Positions 1-9,071 of a stretch of 64,000 nucleotides of DNA are shown piece after piece; the stretch's first letter is position 1; every line of letters begins with the position of its first letter. The DNA is taken from assembly GCA_964230645.1 (NCBI GenBank), contig CAXRHT010000001.1, forward strand, positions 864,001 through 928,000. Direction: 5' to 3'. The notes beneath the pieces are model-generated. The model was given only the letters and a program-made list of their open reading frames with translations, did no database searches and was not told the DNA's origin. A program made the position numbers and the translations under genes. The DNA is from Bdellovibrionales bacterium (lineage in GTDB: Bacteria; Bdellovibrionota; Bdellovibrionia; Bdellovibrionales; JAGQZY01).

Positions 1-1002
1 GCCAAAGAAGGTTTAGCACTTGTTAACGGCACAAGCGTTATGGCGGCCTACAGTTTTTACTGTAACAAAATTATCAAATCCCTCATTGAGCTAACAACAA
101 AAACCACCGCGCTTTGCGTGTTAGGGCTTGAGGGGCGCAAAGACGCTTTTAATGCCTTAATAAACTCGAAAGCCAAAAGGTTTCACGGTCAATCTAAAAT
201 TGCCGAAGATATTTTTTCTCTTCTCAGCCAAGAAGATCATCAAACCCAAAAGCCAGAGAAGGCTCTCAACAATGAAGAGCGTGCTCACACTGTGCAAGAC
301 AAATACTCCATTCGCTGCGCTCCTCAGATTTTAGGCCCCATCTATGACACCCTTAAAATGAGTGAAGAGTGGACTCAATTAGAGGCAGAAGGTGTTTCGG
401 ATAATCCTGTCATCGATGAGGGTGACCAATTTTCAATGGGTGGAAACTTCTACGGTGGATACATATCTCATGCCATGGACTATCTAAAAATCTCCATGGC
501 TCACCTTGCGGATATGGTGGACCGTCAGTTTATGTGCTTGATAGATGAGTCCACCAATCGAGGTTTACCTCCTAATCTTGCCGACTGGCCGAATATTACC
601 GAGGAGGAACGCTTTCTGAATCACGGGTTGAAGGGATTAAACCAAGCCATGTCAGCCCTCACATCCGAAGTTATGGCTCAGTCCAATCCTGGAGGCATTC
701 ACTCTCGCTCCTCGGAATCACACAACCAGGACAAAGTGAGCTTAGGTTTAAGTGCCTGCATTCAGATGAATAATATGTTTGATAACCTCTACACTCTTTT
801 ATCCATCCACTTGATCGGCTGCGCTCAGGCCATAGACCTCAGAGAGCGCACATTAAAAAGTAGAGAGCTTAAAGAACTCTATGATCTCGTCCGTAAGGTC
901 AGCCCTAAGGTCACAGAAGATCGCGCCATGGATTTTGAAATTGCTGCGCTGAAATCAGAGCTTAAATTAAGGTCCGGAGTTTTTAATGACAAATCACTTT
1001 GA
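1..1002 (+). CDS. Aromatic amino acid ammonia-lyase (HAL/PAL/TAL, MIO family), 5' part outside window
   Basis: Frame open from base 1 (AKEGLALVNGTSVM); motifs QDKYSIRCAPQ, DNP, GGNFYG, HNQDKVSLG. Confidence 0.92.
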   Translation, partial: AKEGLALVNGTSVMAAYSFYCNKIIKSLIELTTKTTALCVLGLEGRKDAFNALINSKAKRFHGQSKIAEDIFSLLSQEDHQTQKPEKALNNEERAHTVQDKYSIRCAPQILGPIYDTLKMSEEWTQLEAEGVSDNPVIDEGDQFSMGGNFYGGYISHAMDYLKISMAHLADMVDRQFMCLIDESTNRGLPPNLADWPNITEEERFLNHGLKGLNQAMSALTSEVMAQSNPGGIHSRSSESHNQDKVSLGLSACIQMNNMFDNLYTLLSIHLIGCAQAIDLRERTLKSRELKELYDLVRKVSPKVTEDRAMDFEIAALKSELKLRSGVFNDKSL

Positions 1003-2215
1003 TGTGATTGTTGCCGGTGCTGGCCCAGGAGGAAGTACTGTCGCCACATTACTGGCTCAAAAAGGTTTACATGTCGCTCTCTTTGAAAAGGAAGAGTTTC
1101 CTCGATTTAAAATTGGTGAGTCTCTTCTCCCTCATTCCATGGATATTTTAAAAGAGTCAGGAGTTTTTGAAAAAATTAATTCCGGCCAATACATTAAAAA
1201 ATACGGCGCTTCCTTTATTTCTTGGGATCACCCAGAGTCTGCCCTTTATTTTGAGTTTGCCAACGGCCTTGATCAAGACCATGCCTTTGCCTTTGAAGTC
1301 CCAAGAGCCCCGTTTGATCTTGATTTACTCACCCACGCCAAAGAAAACGGAGTGGAAGTGTTTCAACCGATTAAAATTGAGCAAGTGAATTTCGAAAAAG
1401 AAAAAGTCTCTGTCCACACGACCAAGGAAAGCTTTAGCAGCTCTTATTTTGTCGATGCCTCGGGGCGAAGTGCTCTATTGGGAACCCAATTTAAAAGTCG
1501 AGAAAAAAATCCTCACTTCATCAATAACATCGCTGTCTATAATCATTATAAGGGTGTCTCCAGAGATATTCAAAAAAGTGAAGGAGATATTATTATTGGG
1601 ATTCTGCCAGAGCAGTCCTGGTCCTGGCATATTCCTTTTAAAGGAGAAACCACTTCCGTTGGAATTGTTTTTTCTAAGGAGAGTTTTAAAAAGTTTAAAA
1701 ATGAAGATGATAAAATCCTTGCCTGTATGAACGAACATCCCAACTTCAAAGACATCATGAAAAATGCCACAGCCCTAAATAAAGAAGGGCAGGCGGCCAA
1801 TTATTCCTACAGCAGTGGGCGAAAAATTTCGGATCGCTGGATTATGCTAGGAGATGCAGCAACCTTTCTAGACCCCGTATTTTCTTCTGGAGTGCATATT
1901 TCACTTATTTCCTCTCGCATGGTAAAAGACGTGGTGTTGGAAGCTTACCAGAAGCAGAGCTTACTCAGTGAAACAGTCGCAGGAAAAAACTACGAGCAAG
2001 ACTTGCAAAAAGGAGTGGATCGCTTTCAGTCTCTCCTTCTTATTTTTTACAAGACAGCATTTTTCCAACATATGAAAAAGGTGATACAGACGGAAGCGGT
2101 TTACAAAGCCTTCACCTCAGCTTTTAGTGGCGATATGTGGAATGACCAAAACTTCCTCTTTAGGATGGGAGTTTTAAAAGACGGGAAACTACCAAATGAA
2201 GACTATTCTTTATAA
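986..2215 (+). CDS. FAD-dependent halogenase-like oxidoreductase (PltA/CndH-like)
   Basis: GAGPGG Rossmann motif, FPRFKIGESLLP, KKYGA Lys, WSWHIP (WxWxIP), GDAATFLDPVFSSGV. Confidence 0.85.
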   Translation: MTNHFDVIVAGAGPGGSTVATLLAQKGLHVALFEKEEFPRFKIGESLLPHSMDILKESGVFEKINSGQYIKKYGASFISWDHPESALYFEFANGLDQDHAFAFEVPRAPFDLDLLTHAKENGVEVFQPIKIEQVNFEKEKVSVHTTKESFSSSYFVDASGRSALLGTQFKSREKNPHFINNIAVYNHYKGVSRDIQKSEGDIIIGILPEQSWSWHIPFKGETTSVGIVFSKESFKKFKNEDDKILACMNEHPNFKDIMKNATALNKEGQAANYSYSSGRKISDRWIMLGDAATFLDPVFSSGVHISLISSRMVKDVVLEAYQKQSLLSETVAGKNYEQDLQKGVDRFQSLLLIFYKTAFFQHMKKVIQTEAVYKAFTSAFSGDMWNDQNFLFRMGVLKDGKLPNEDYSL

Positions 2216-3458
2216 AGGCTATCACAGCCAACGCGCCTTTGACCTCTTTTGTGAGGCACAAGAAAAAGGGGATCTTATGATCTTCCTCCCTCCCTTAATG
2301 AATCGCTACGAGTTTGTCCCCTTTCTTCCCGAATCAGAGATTCTGATTGAGGGAGACTTATGGCAAACACGTCCGAAAGGCTTGAAAGGCGAGTCTCAAG
2401 AGTATCAAAAAAAGCCTGTGGCCGGAGTTTTCTCCTCCGGAACCACCAATAACTCTCGCCTCATCCTATACACCAATGAAAATATTAGCTCCTCCGTGAA
2501 AGGTATTTTCGCACTATTTGAAGACGAGAGCTTTGATAATCTTTTTTGCTACCCACAGCCCTATCACACCTTTGGCCTGACCTTGGGATATGGCGCTTGC
2601 TATTTTTTAAAAAAGAATTTGATCTTTGCTGAGGGAAAGTACAGCTCCGATTATCATAAAAAGTGGCTTGAGTCAGAACCCAATACCATCACCCTTGGAA
2701 CCCCCACCCACTTTCACGATCTACTCGCTTGGGTCGAAGAGCAAGGAGAAATTCCACCGCACACTTATAGCTGTATCATTGGCGGCGCTCAGGTTCCGAT
2801 GAGCCTTTGGCAAAGTGTCAGAAGTGAGCTGCAAATTGAAAAACCTAGCATTGGCTATGGCTCCTCGGAAGCTTCCCCTGGAATTTCCCATTTACCTCCA
2901 GGTCTTGCACCGATTGAGGACGGCGAAATCGGGGAAATCTTACCTCATGTGGAAATGAGCCTGACCGACAGTGGAATACAATTTAGTGGCCCCAATCTTT
3001 GTCATGCGATCATCGAAGATGAGAAAATTGAATTTCCATCACGCCACGTGATTCCCGACCTGATTGAAAAAAGAGAAGCCGACGGAAAGCTCGTCTACCG
3101 CTCACGCCTGGACTGGATTCTCAATCGGGGTGGCGAAAAATTTCCCATTGAAAAACTAGAAAAACAGGTTTTTGAAAAAGTCGGTATTGATATTTTAGGC
3201 TTTGGACTTCCCGATCCTAGGCTTGGTGAAGAACTTGGTCTACTTATCAAACGCAGAAGAGAAGCCCCACAAATTACCATGGAAAATGTTTACGACACTC
3301 TAAAAGAGCTCACTGATCGAGATTTTGCTCAAAAAGCTATTGTTGTTGATGATTTTCCACTCAGCCAAACCCATAAAGTGGATCGCAAAAAGGCTCGCAT
3401 CGTCTATTTAAATGAAACTAAAGATAAAGAAGAATCTGATAATGAAGAGGACTCCTAG
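2196..3458 (+). CDS. AMP-binding acyl-CoA/aryl ligase (short adenylate-forming enzyme)
   Basis: SSGTT loop, GYGSSEA, RLDWILNRGGEK, PLSQTHKVDRK; overlaps upstream gene. Confidence 0.85.
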   Translation: MKTILYKGYHSQRAFDLFCEAQEKGDLMIFLPPLMNRYEFVPFLPESEILIEGDLWQTRPKGLKGESQEYQKKPVAGVFSSGTTNNSRLILYTNENISSSVKGIFALFEDESFDNLFCYPQPYHTFGLTLGYGACYFLKKNLIFAEGKYSSDYHKKWLESEPNTITLGTPTHFHDLLAWVEEQGEIPPHTYSCIIGGAQVPMSLWQSVRSELQIEKPSIGYGSSEASPGISHLPPGLAPIEDGEIGEILPHVEMSLTDSGIQFSGPNLCHAIIEDEKIEFPSRHVIPDLIEKREADGKLVYRSRLDWILNRGGEKFPIEKLEKQVFEKVGIDILGFGLPDPRLGEELGLLIKRRREAPQITMENVYDTLKELTDRDFAQKAIVVDDFPLSQTHKVDRKKARIVYLNETKDKEESDNEEDS

Positions 3459-3476
3459 AAAAGGAGCCCCGCTTGT

Positions 3477-4256
3477 TTAGAATATTCCGTCAAACCAGTC
3501 TTCGAGAAGATCTTGGCCTTGTTCTACAAGCTCGTCTCTAATGATTTCTTTACCACGATCGATCAATCGATCCGTGAGACTGTCACTACTGTTTCCGCTT
3601 CTAATACGACAAGAATTCTCGGCTTCAAACTCACCCACGTGATCAAACTCAAAGTCTCCGAAGTAGGCCGTTCTAGTAATATTTCTTGGAACATAAACGA
3701 TTTGACCATCGGCTGTCCCTCCCACACCTAAGGGGATCAGTAATACTCCGCGATTGCTTCCGCCCACCTTTCTCACAGCCACCATCATTTCATCGCAACG
3801 TTGCGTGGTGCACTGACTTTCAAGTTCAAAGTCACCTTGACGACCGTACTCAATAATCAGTCCCGGTTGCATGTTCACATTTTCAACCGTTCTCTGAAAA
3901 CTTCCAGCGTTGTCACAAGAAAGGACAAGCCTTGCTGTTAAACGAATTCGGTTATTCTCAGCGGGTGAAGCGATCAGATCAAAAGCTTCGATCATATTAT
4001 TGATGGCTTCACTACGGTTTTGGTTCCCTTGGATTTCGTCCCAATATTGACTGATAGCCGCTTGATCACTGTTAACTTCGGTATCATTGGTACGACGGTT
4101 TCCATTTTCATCAAACCAACGGGAGCCACCTTGGCTTTCTCCGATGAGATCATTTCCTGTAGAAAGGGTCGCACGAAAAGGTTCACCACAAGCACTCAAC
4201 ATAAGGGAGAGAACAACAACTTTTAAAATTTTATCAATCACAGTTTTTAGTTTCAT
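3477..4256 (-). CDS. Hypothetical lipoprotein, paralog of 17611-18435
   Basis: LSAC lipobox; shared C-x4-C-DEMM segment. Confidence 0.75.
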   Translation of the reverse strand: MKLKTVIDKILKVVVLSLMLSACGEPFRATLSTGNDLIGESQGGSRWFDENGNRRTNDTEVNSDQAAISQYWDEIQGNQNRSEAINNMIEAFDLIASPAENNRIRLTARLVLSCDNAGSFQRTVENVNMQPGLIIEYGRQGDFELESQCTTQRCDEMMVAVRKVGGSNRGVLLIPLGVGGTADGQIVYVPRNITRTAYFGDFEFDHVGEFEAENSCRIRSGNSSDSLTDRLIDRGKEIIRDELVEQGQDLLEDWFDGIF

Positions 4257-4271
4257 AACACTCTTATAAAG

Positions 4272-4288
4272 AGCAAAGAGTGTTCCAA
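4272..4288 (-). promoter_or_regulatory. Sigma54 (-24/-12) promoter candidate
   Basis: Minus strand TTGGAACACTCTTTGCT = GG-N10-GC just upstream of ATG 4256. Confidence 0.65.
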
Positions 4289-4395
4289 TATAGAACGAAT
4301 TCTCGTAAGTAAATTCAACCAGTTAGAAGGGCCCTTTCTCTAATATCAGGGACTTAGCCGTTTCTTGTCACCTGTCTGATTTATTACCAAACAGC

Positions 4396-4412
4396 TGTCT
4401 CATCTTGAGACA
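4396..4412. promoter_or_regulatory. Palindromic site TGTCTCA-TCT-TGAGACA, candidate enhancer-binding-protein site
   Basis: Perfect 7-3-7 palindrome ~110 bp upstream of the sigma54 motif. Confidence 0.5.
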
Positions 4413-4420
4413 CCTTCCCT

Positions 4421-4782
4421 CTGTCATCCTTAGGCTACACTGTCATTCTGAGGCTACACTGTCATTCTGAGGCTACACTGTCATTCTGAGCGAAGCGAAG
4501 AATCTGCCCGGTGTCTTTTCTCCGCTCAAGATCCTTCGGCTACGCCTCAGGATGACAATGCAAGAGAAGACACCACTCATTCACGTTTTGTCATTCTGAG
4601 CCTACGCTGTCATTCAGATCCTACACTGTCACTCTGAGCCCACACTGTCACTCTGAGCCCACACTGTCATTCTGAGCGAAGCGAAGAATCTGCCCGGTGT
4701 CTTTTCTCCGCACAAGATCCTTCGGCTACGCCTCAGGATGACAGTGTAGACTCAGGATGACAGTGCAGCCTCAGGATGACAA
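4421..4782. repeat. REP/REPIN-like palindromic element cluster: two cores plus tandem 19-nt terminal units
   Basis: Cores TGTCATTCTGAGCGAAGCGAAGAATCT..AGATCCTTCGGCTACGCCTCAGGATGACA at 4479-4557 and 4665-4743; tandem CTGTCATTCTGAGGCTACA-like units. Confidence 0.85.
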
Positions 4783-4854
4783 TTTTATAAGCCACAGATA
4801 TGCACCATTTAAATGAGGCTCTCTAAAGAGTCAGCGAGCCTCTTTTCAAGATAC

Positions 4855-5316
4855 TCAGTACTGAACCTTGTCGACTTTATTTTTCCACGCTTCAAAAACT
4901 TTAAAAGCTTCGTGACGCATGATTTGCTCGGTGGGAATTTTGCGTTTTTCAAAGGGCTGACCGATTTCGGTATAAAGAAACTCATCATCAAATTCGATGG
5001 CTGCAGCGTCCTCTCTTCCATTGCCAAAATAAACCTTATCAAGCCTTGCCCAGTAAATGGCGGAAAGACACATAGGACAGGGCTCACAACTCGTATAAAT
5101 CTCACAGCCCTGTAAAGAAAAGTCGTCCAACTTTTCACAAGCCTTGCGAATGGCCTGCACCTCGGCGTGAGCTGTTGGATCATTGGTGGATGTGACTTGA
5201 TTCCAGCCCTCAGAAATTATTTTACCCTCTTTGACGATAACCGCTCCAAAAGGGCCTCCCTCATTATTTTTCATTTTCTCCATTGATAATTCAATGGCGC
5301 GCTCCATTGGCTTCAC
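4855..5316 (-). CDS. guaD: Guanine/nucleoside deaminase (CDA fold)
   Basis: GGPFGAVIV, DPTAHAE, PCPMC, FDD motifs; GTG start with AGGAG RBS. Confidence 0.85.
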   Translation of the reverse strand: MKPMERAIELSMEKMKNNEGGPFGAVIVKEGKIISEGWNQVTSTNDPTAHAEVQAIRKACEKLDDFSLQGCEIYTSCEPCPMCLSAIYWARLDKVYFGNGREDAAAIEFDDEFLYTEIGQPFEKRKIPTEQIMRHEAFKVFEAWKNKVDKVQY

Positions 5317-5330
5317 TGTCTTCTCCTTAT

Positions 5331-6404
5331 TTAACGATAATCGTGGAGGTAATCCACTTGATCAGGAATCCAGGGTTCCATCTCCCCTTGCACTCCAAAC
5401 ACCCGGTCCCCTACCTGAGACTCCACTTTTCCGGGAGCCACTGAGGGCGTGTAGTCGGGCGTAATAATGTCCCCTTCCTGTAAAATGGGAAGGACTCTTT
5501 CGAGAGTTTCTTTGGCTAGAATACGACGTCGAACCAAATCATCCAGTGATTTCTGTAGTTCGTCGCGACTAAATCCGTAGTTAAGATTAAGATCTTGCGC
5601 CACCTTAAGAACCTGCACATCTTTAAGTCGGCTATCTTGAAATAGATCAAGACTTGTTTGAAAGGAATTGTAAGTAGGAACAATTCGGCGTCCAAACTTA
5701 AGGTAGTACTCAGGATCTGTGTCGACGGCCAAATTAATATAAACTTTTTCCACAGGATCGTTTTCGATGCACATATCCTGAAGATCTAAAATGGTATCAA
5801 TCTGCATTCGCGACACACCAAAATGCTTTAAGAGTTTGATCAACTTTTTTTCCGACCAGCGCCTGGAGCAGATGTCAGAGTAAAGGGAGTAAATAACAGC
5901 ATCCGACTCGCTGTCATCGCCCCAAAGCACCTGGGAGATCTCTTTTTCAAATTTTGAACGAAGCTGCATCAGAGCCTGGATCTTATAGCCCACCTGCTGA
6001 CTCAACCGGCGCCAGCGTCCCGGATGAACATTCTTCAGGTTATCTTTAAAGAAAATCCCCTCAGGTAAGATCTGGTCGATCTGCAGTTTTTCACGGATTT
6101 TGACCTCCATTTGAGGTGGAGAGGCTGTAATAAAAAATAAGGGGAAATGACCCTCACTTCGGCTGTCGTTCCAGTTTTCTTTGACACTGGAAACCAGGGT
6201 GGACGTGCCGGGGACATTGCGTTTTTGGAAAGATTTTTCAAAAACTGTGCGCCAGAGGTCCGAGACCGTATGCCAGCTCGTATCCAGGTAGGTCTTATCC
6301 AAATCCCAAACATAAACCTCTTCTAAGTCATTAAAAACGGTTTGGTTATAGGAAAAAAAGACCACATCCCCTAGAATTTCGGATCGCAATTTCCAATGCG
6401 CCAT
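5331..6404 (-). CDS. HAD-superfamily phosphatase-like protein
   Basis: WDLDKTY (DxDxT), FITASP, GDDSESD motifs. Confidence 0.7.
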   Translation of the reverse strand: MAHWKLRSEILGDVVFFSYNQTVFNDLEEVYVWDLDKTYLDTSWHTVSDLWRTVFEKSFQKRNVPGTSTLVSSVKENWNDSRSEGHFPLFFITASPPQMEVKIREKLQIDQILPEGIFFKDNLKNVHPGRWRRLSQQVGYKIQALMQLRSKFEKEISQVLWGDDSESDAVIYSLYSDICSRRWSEKKLIKLLKHFGVSRMQIDTILDLQDMCIENDPVEKVYINLAVDTDPEYYLKFGRRIVPTYNSFQTSLDLFQDSRLKDVQVLKVAQDLNLNYGFSRDELQKSLDDLVRRRILAKETLERVLPILQEGDIITPDYTPSVAPGKVESQVGDRVFGVQGEMEPWIPDQVDYLHDYR

Positions 6405-6479
6405 ACACCCCTCGTGCTAAGACTCTATATTAGCTCTGACTGGGGGGAAAGGCCATTGCCGCTCGATCTTTGACATGGT

Positions 6480-7259
6480 ATGCCCTTCGCTGTGTCAGAT
6501 CATGCGAAGAACCCCTTATTTTTCAAGCCCTCACGCCCCGTTCCCCAAATGGTCGCTTTCTACTGGAATGATGTCTTGCTTAATCCAGAGGCTTTAGACG
6601 AGGCAAAAAAAGTGGAGCTTGGAGATCAGCCCTTGAGCGATGTGCTCTGGGATCTTTTCGGTGAGCTCAGCCTCATGGAGATCTTCTTTCTTTACCAAGA
6701 GATCGAAAACCATCAAGATCTAAGGGGCCAGATCTCCTGGGCCAAATACTTCCAAAAGCAAAAGCGCTTTTTCAACGATAAAGTGGCTAAGCTTTTTAAA
6801 GCGCTAAGCATAGGCTCTTCTGCTTTCCTCACCTGGTGTGACTCTAAAAAAATGGAAAACAAAGACCTCTACCCATTGTGCTCTTTAAAAGAAAAAGAGC
6901 ACCAGGAATTGTTCACTCAACTTTCCTCTTTTTTCCCAGAACAAAATATGAGCCGCAGTGAAGGAAGAGAAGCTCTTGATCTATTAGTGGATCTGATCTT
7001 GATGAATAAAATTTTTGAGGAACTTAAACCAAATTCCACAACTCACTGGGTGAGTCGTTTGAGACAGTTAAGAAACCCTAATACGACTCTAAAAGATCAG
7101 ACTAGTACGACGATCAATCAAGCCTGGCCCCAGTTTGTAAAAGTTAAAAAACAAAGACAAGGCGACCGCTTGATTCATCAGATGGAAATTCAGTTTCTCA
7201 ATCAAGAAGACCTTGAGAGTAAGCTCTCCCGCCTTAAACCCCAGGGGCCAAAACAATGA
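6480..7259 (+). CDS. Hypothetical protein translationally coupled to splB-like gene
   Basis: 259-aa ORF, ATGA overlap with next gene; start uncertain. Confidence 0.7.
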   Translation: MPFAVSDHAKNPLFFKPSRPVPQMVAFYWNDVLLNPEALDEAKKVELGDQPLSDVLWDLFGELSLMEIFFLYQEIENHQDLRGQISWAKYFQKQKRFFNDKVAKLFKALSIGSSAFLTWCDSKKMENKDLYPLCSLKEKEHQELFTQLSSFFPEQNMSRSEGREALDLLVDLILMNKIFEELKPNSTTHWVSRLRQLRNPNTTLKDQTSTTINQAWPQFVKVKKQRQGDRLIHQMEIQFLNQEDLESKLSRLKPQGPKQ

Positions 7260-8371
7260 TTTCTTTTTGGCAGAATAAATTTGAAAAGATTTTAATCGAC
7301 AAGAAAGTGGCCGACTCTAAAACCTCTTTACGTTTTATGGAGGTTTTTGGCGACAAGGCGCAGATCATTGACGGAAACCCTGAGGACTTCACCAAGGGTG
7401 AATTGTCCTCAGACGAGTTCGCTCAAAGTAAAAAACAAATCTATCTCACAGAATTTAAAGGACAGTTTTTTAAAAAGTGCCCCGGTTTTCATAAAGGCAT
7501 GGCCTGTTGTAACTACTTTGTTCTCAACCTTGGGTTTCAGTGCGATATGGACTGTTCCTACTGCTATTTGCAGTCCTTCCTTAACTCCAACTACCTCACC
7601 GTCTATACGAATATCGATGAGGCTTTAAAAGAGCTCGCGAGCTTCGAAGAGCTCAAAAAAAGTCCGGTGCGAGTGGGAACAGGGGAAGTCATCGATAGCC
7701 TAAGCCTTGATCCAATCACTCTTTACTCAAGAGACCTCATCGAGTTCTTCCGCGATTACCCGATGTGGAAGTTGGAGTTTAAAACAAAATCAAAGTTTGT
7801 TGATCAGTTTCTCGACTGTGATCATGCCGGAAACGTCATCGTGAGCTGGTCCATCAACCCTCCGGCTGTCATTGAGAGTGAAGAGCATGGCACGGCCTCT
7901 TTTGAAGAGCGCTTGCAAGCAGCCTTAAAATGTAAAGAGGCCGGTTATCAAATCTCCTTTCACATCGACCCCATGATTTGGCACCCCGAGTGGAAGGAAA
8001 GTTACGCCTATTTGGTGGATAAGATCATAGAAAATTTCACCCCAGATATTATTCCCTACTTGTCGGTTGGAGCCTTGAGATTTCAGCCCGAACAAAAGAA
8101 TATGATGCGTGAGCGCTTTGGTATGAACTCCTTTGTCACTCAAGCCGAAACCTTTAAAAGCCAAGACGGCAAACTCCGTTACGATCTGGATTTAAGAAAA
8201 GAGATGTTCAACTTTATTCTGGGTCGCTTCCGAGAAAAAAGCTCCCGTTGGAAGATCTTCATGTGCATGGAAACGCCTGAGACCTGGGTGGACACATTTG
8301 GACACAGCCCTCACAAAGAAGAGCCACTCAAAGATCTCTTCCAACCGATCAAGATGCCAAAAAATTCCTAA
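7256..8371 (+). CDS. splB: Spore photoproduct lyase-like radical SAM protein
   Basis: CDMDCSYCYLQ, RVGTGE.IDSL, EFKTKS, SWSINP, ERL.AA, DGKLRY, MCME. Confidence 0.85.
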   Translation: MISFWQNKFEKILIDKKVADSKTSLRFMEVFGDKAQIIDGNPEDFTKGELSSDEFAQSKKQIYLTEFKGQFFKKCPGFHKGMACCNYFVLNLGFQCDMDCSYCYLQSFLNSNYLTVYTNIDEALKELASFEELKKSPVRVGTGEVIDSLSLDPITLYSRDLIEFFRDYPMWKLEFKTKSKFVDQFLDCDHAGNVIVSWSINPPAVIESEEHGTASFEERLQAALKCKEAGYQISFHIDPMIWHPEWKESYAYLVDKIIENFTPDIIPYLSVGALRFQPEQKNMMRERFGMNSFVTQAETFKSQDGKLRYDLDLRKEMFNFILGRFREKSSRWKIFMCMETPETWVDTFGHSPHKEEPLKDLFQPIKMPKNS

Positions 8372-8455
8372 CTTTTTTCATTGCTGGTATGCAGTGAATA
8401 TTATTTTCATGGCCGTTTCTCTGTAGACTTTTTGAAAAAGCTTAAAGGAGTTTCC

Positions 8456-8908
8456 ATGAAAAATATCATTTTCCTTACCCTCGTTGCCTTAGTTTTTGGT
8501 TGTGCCCACAAGAAGAAACTGGATCCGAACGTGGCGAAGGTCAGTCGCAAAGGAATCATTAGTGTCACGGCACGCTGGGTGAAAGATAAGGGAGATAAAT
8601 TCGATCTCAATCTTATGGTGGAAAATTTAAGAGACGAAGGAATCATCGTTTATCTCAAAGACATTCGTTGCCAAAGAGGTAATCAAGGTGGCCGTCTCAA
8701 GCATACCTTTTTCAACACCGGCGAGCGCACCATAGACTTCGCAAGTGGAGAAATAAAAGACTTCAACATGGTCTGCGATCATTACCAGAAAGCCTCTGGC
8801 CCCTTTAAAATTAATATCACTAAAGTTTACGCAAACCCTGAAAACGACGGCGAAACGCGCGGTAAAATGATTGCTGAAGACGTGGAATGGGAAACGGCGG
8901 AGTTCTAA
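8456..8908 (+). CDS. Hypothetical lipoprotein
   Basis: AAGGAG RBS then MKNIIFLTLVALVFGC lipobox. Confidence 0.75.
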   Translation: MKNIIFLTLVALVFGCAHKKKLDPNVAKVSRKGIISVTARWVKDKGDKFDLNLMVENLRDEGIIVYLKDIRCQRGNQGGRLKHTFFNTGERTIDFASGEIKDFNMVCDHYQKASGPFKINITKVYANPENDGETRGKMIAEDVEWETAEF

Positions 8909-9008
8909 TTTTGATAGAACAAAGCCCCGTGATTACTCGCCTCATCTATAGCCTAGGCCGATAAAGGTCGAGAATTCCTCCCTAGTCCTGGGACAATAGC
9001 AGTAAAAA

Positions 9009-9036
9009 TAAACCATTACACTCCCCATACCGATAA
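9009..9036 (+). promoter_or_regulatory. FliA/sigma28-like promoter candidate
   Basis: TAAA-N16-ACCGATAA upstream of ATG 9072; spacer one longer than the E. coli consensus. Confidence 0.35.
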
Positions 9037-9071
9037 GAATAGGTAGAATAAAGGTCTGGGGAGAATCAGAT

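Noticed and set aside
4421..4782. CRISPR array
   Set aside because: Units are 19 nt head-to-tail with no unique 30-40 nt spacers, occur in both orientations, and no cas genes are present
8410..8426. Sigma54-like TGGCCGTTTCTCTGTAG
   Set aside because: -12 element is GT rather than GC; too weak
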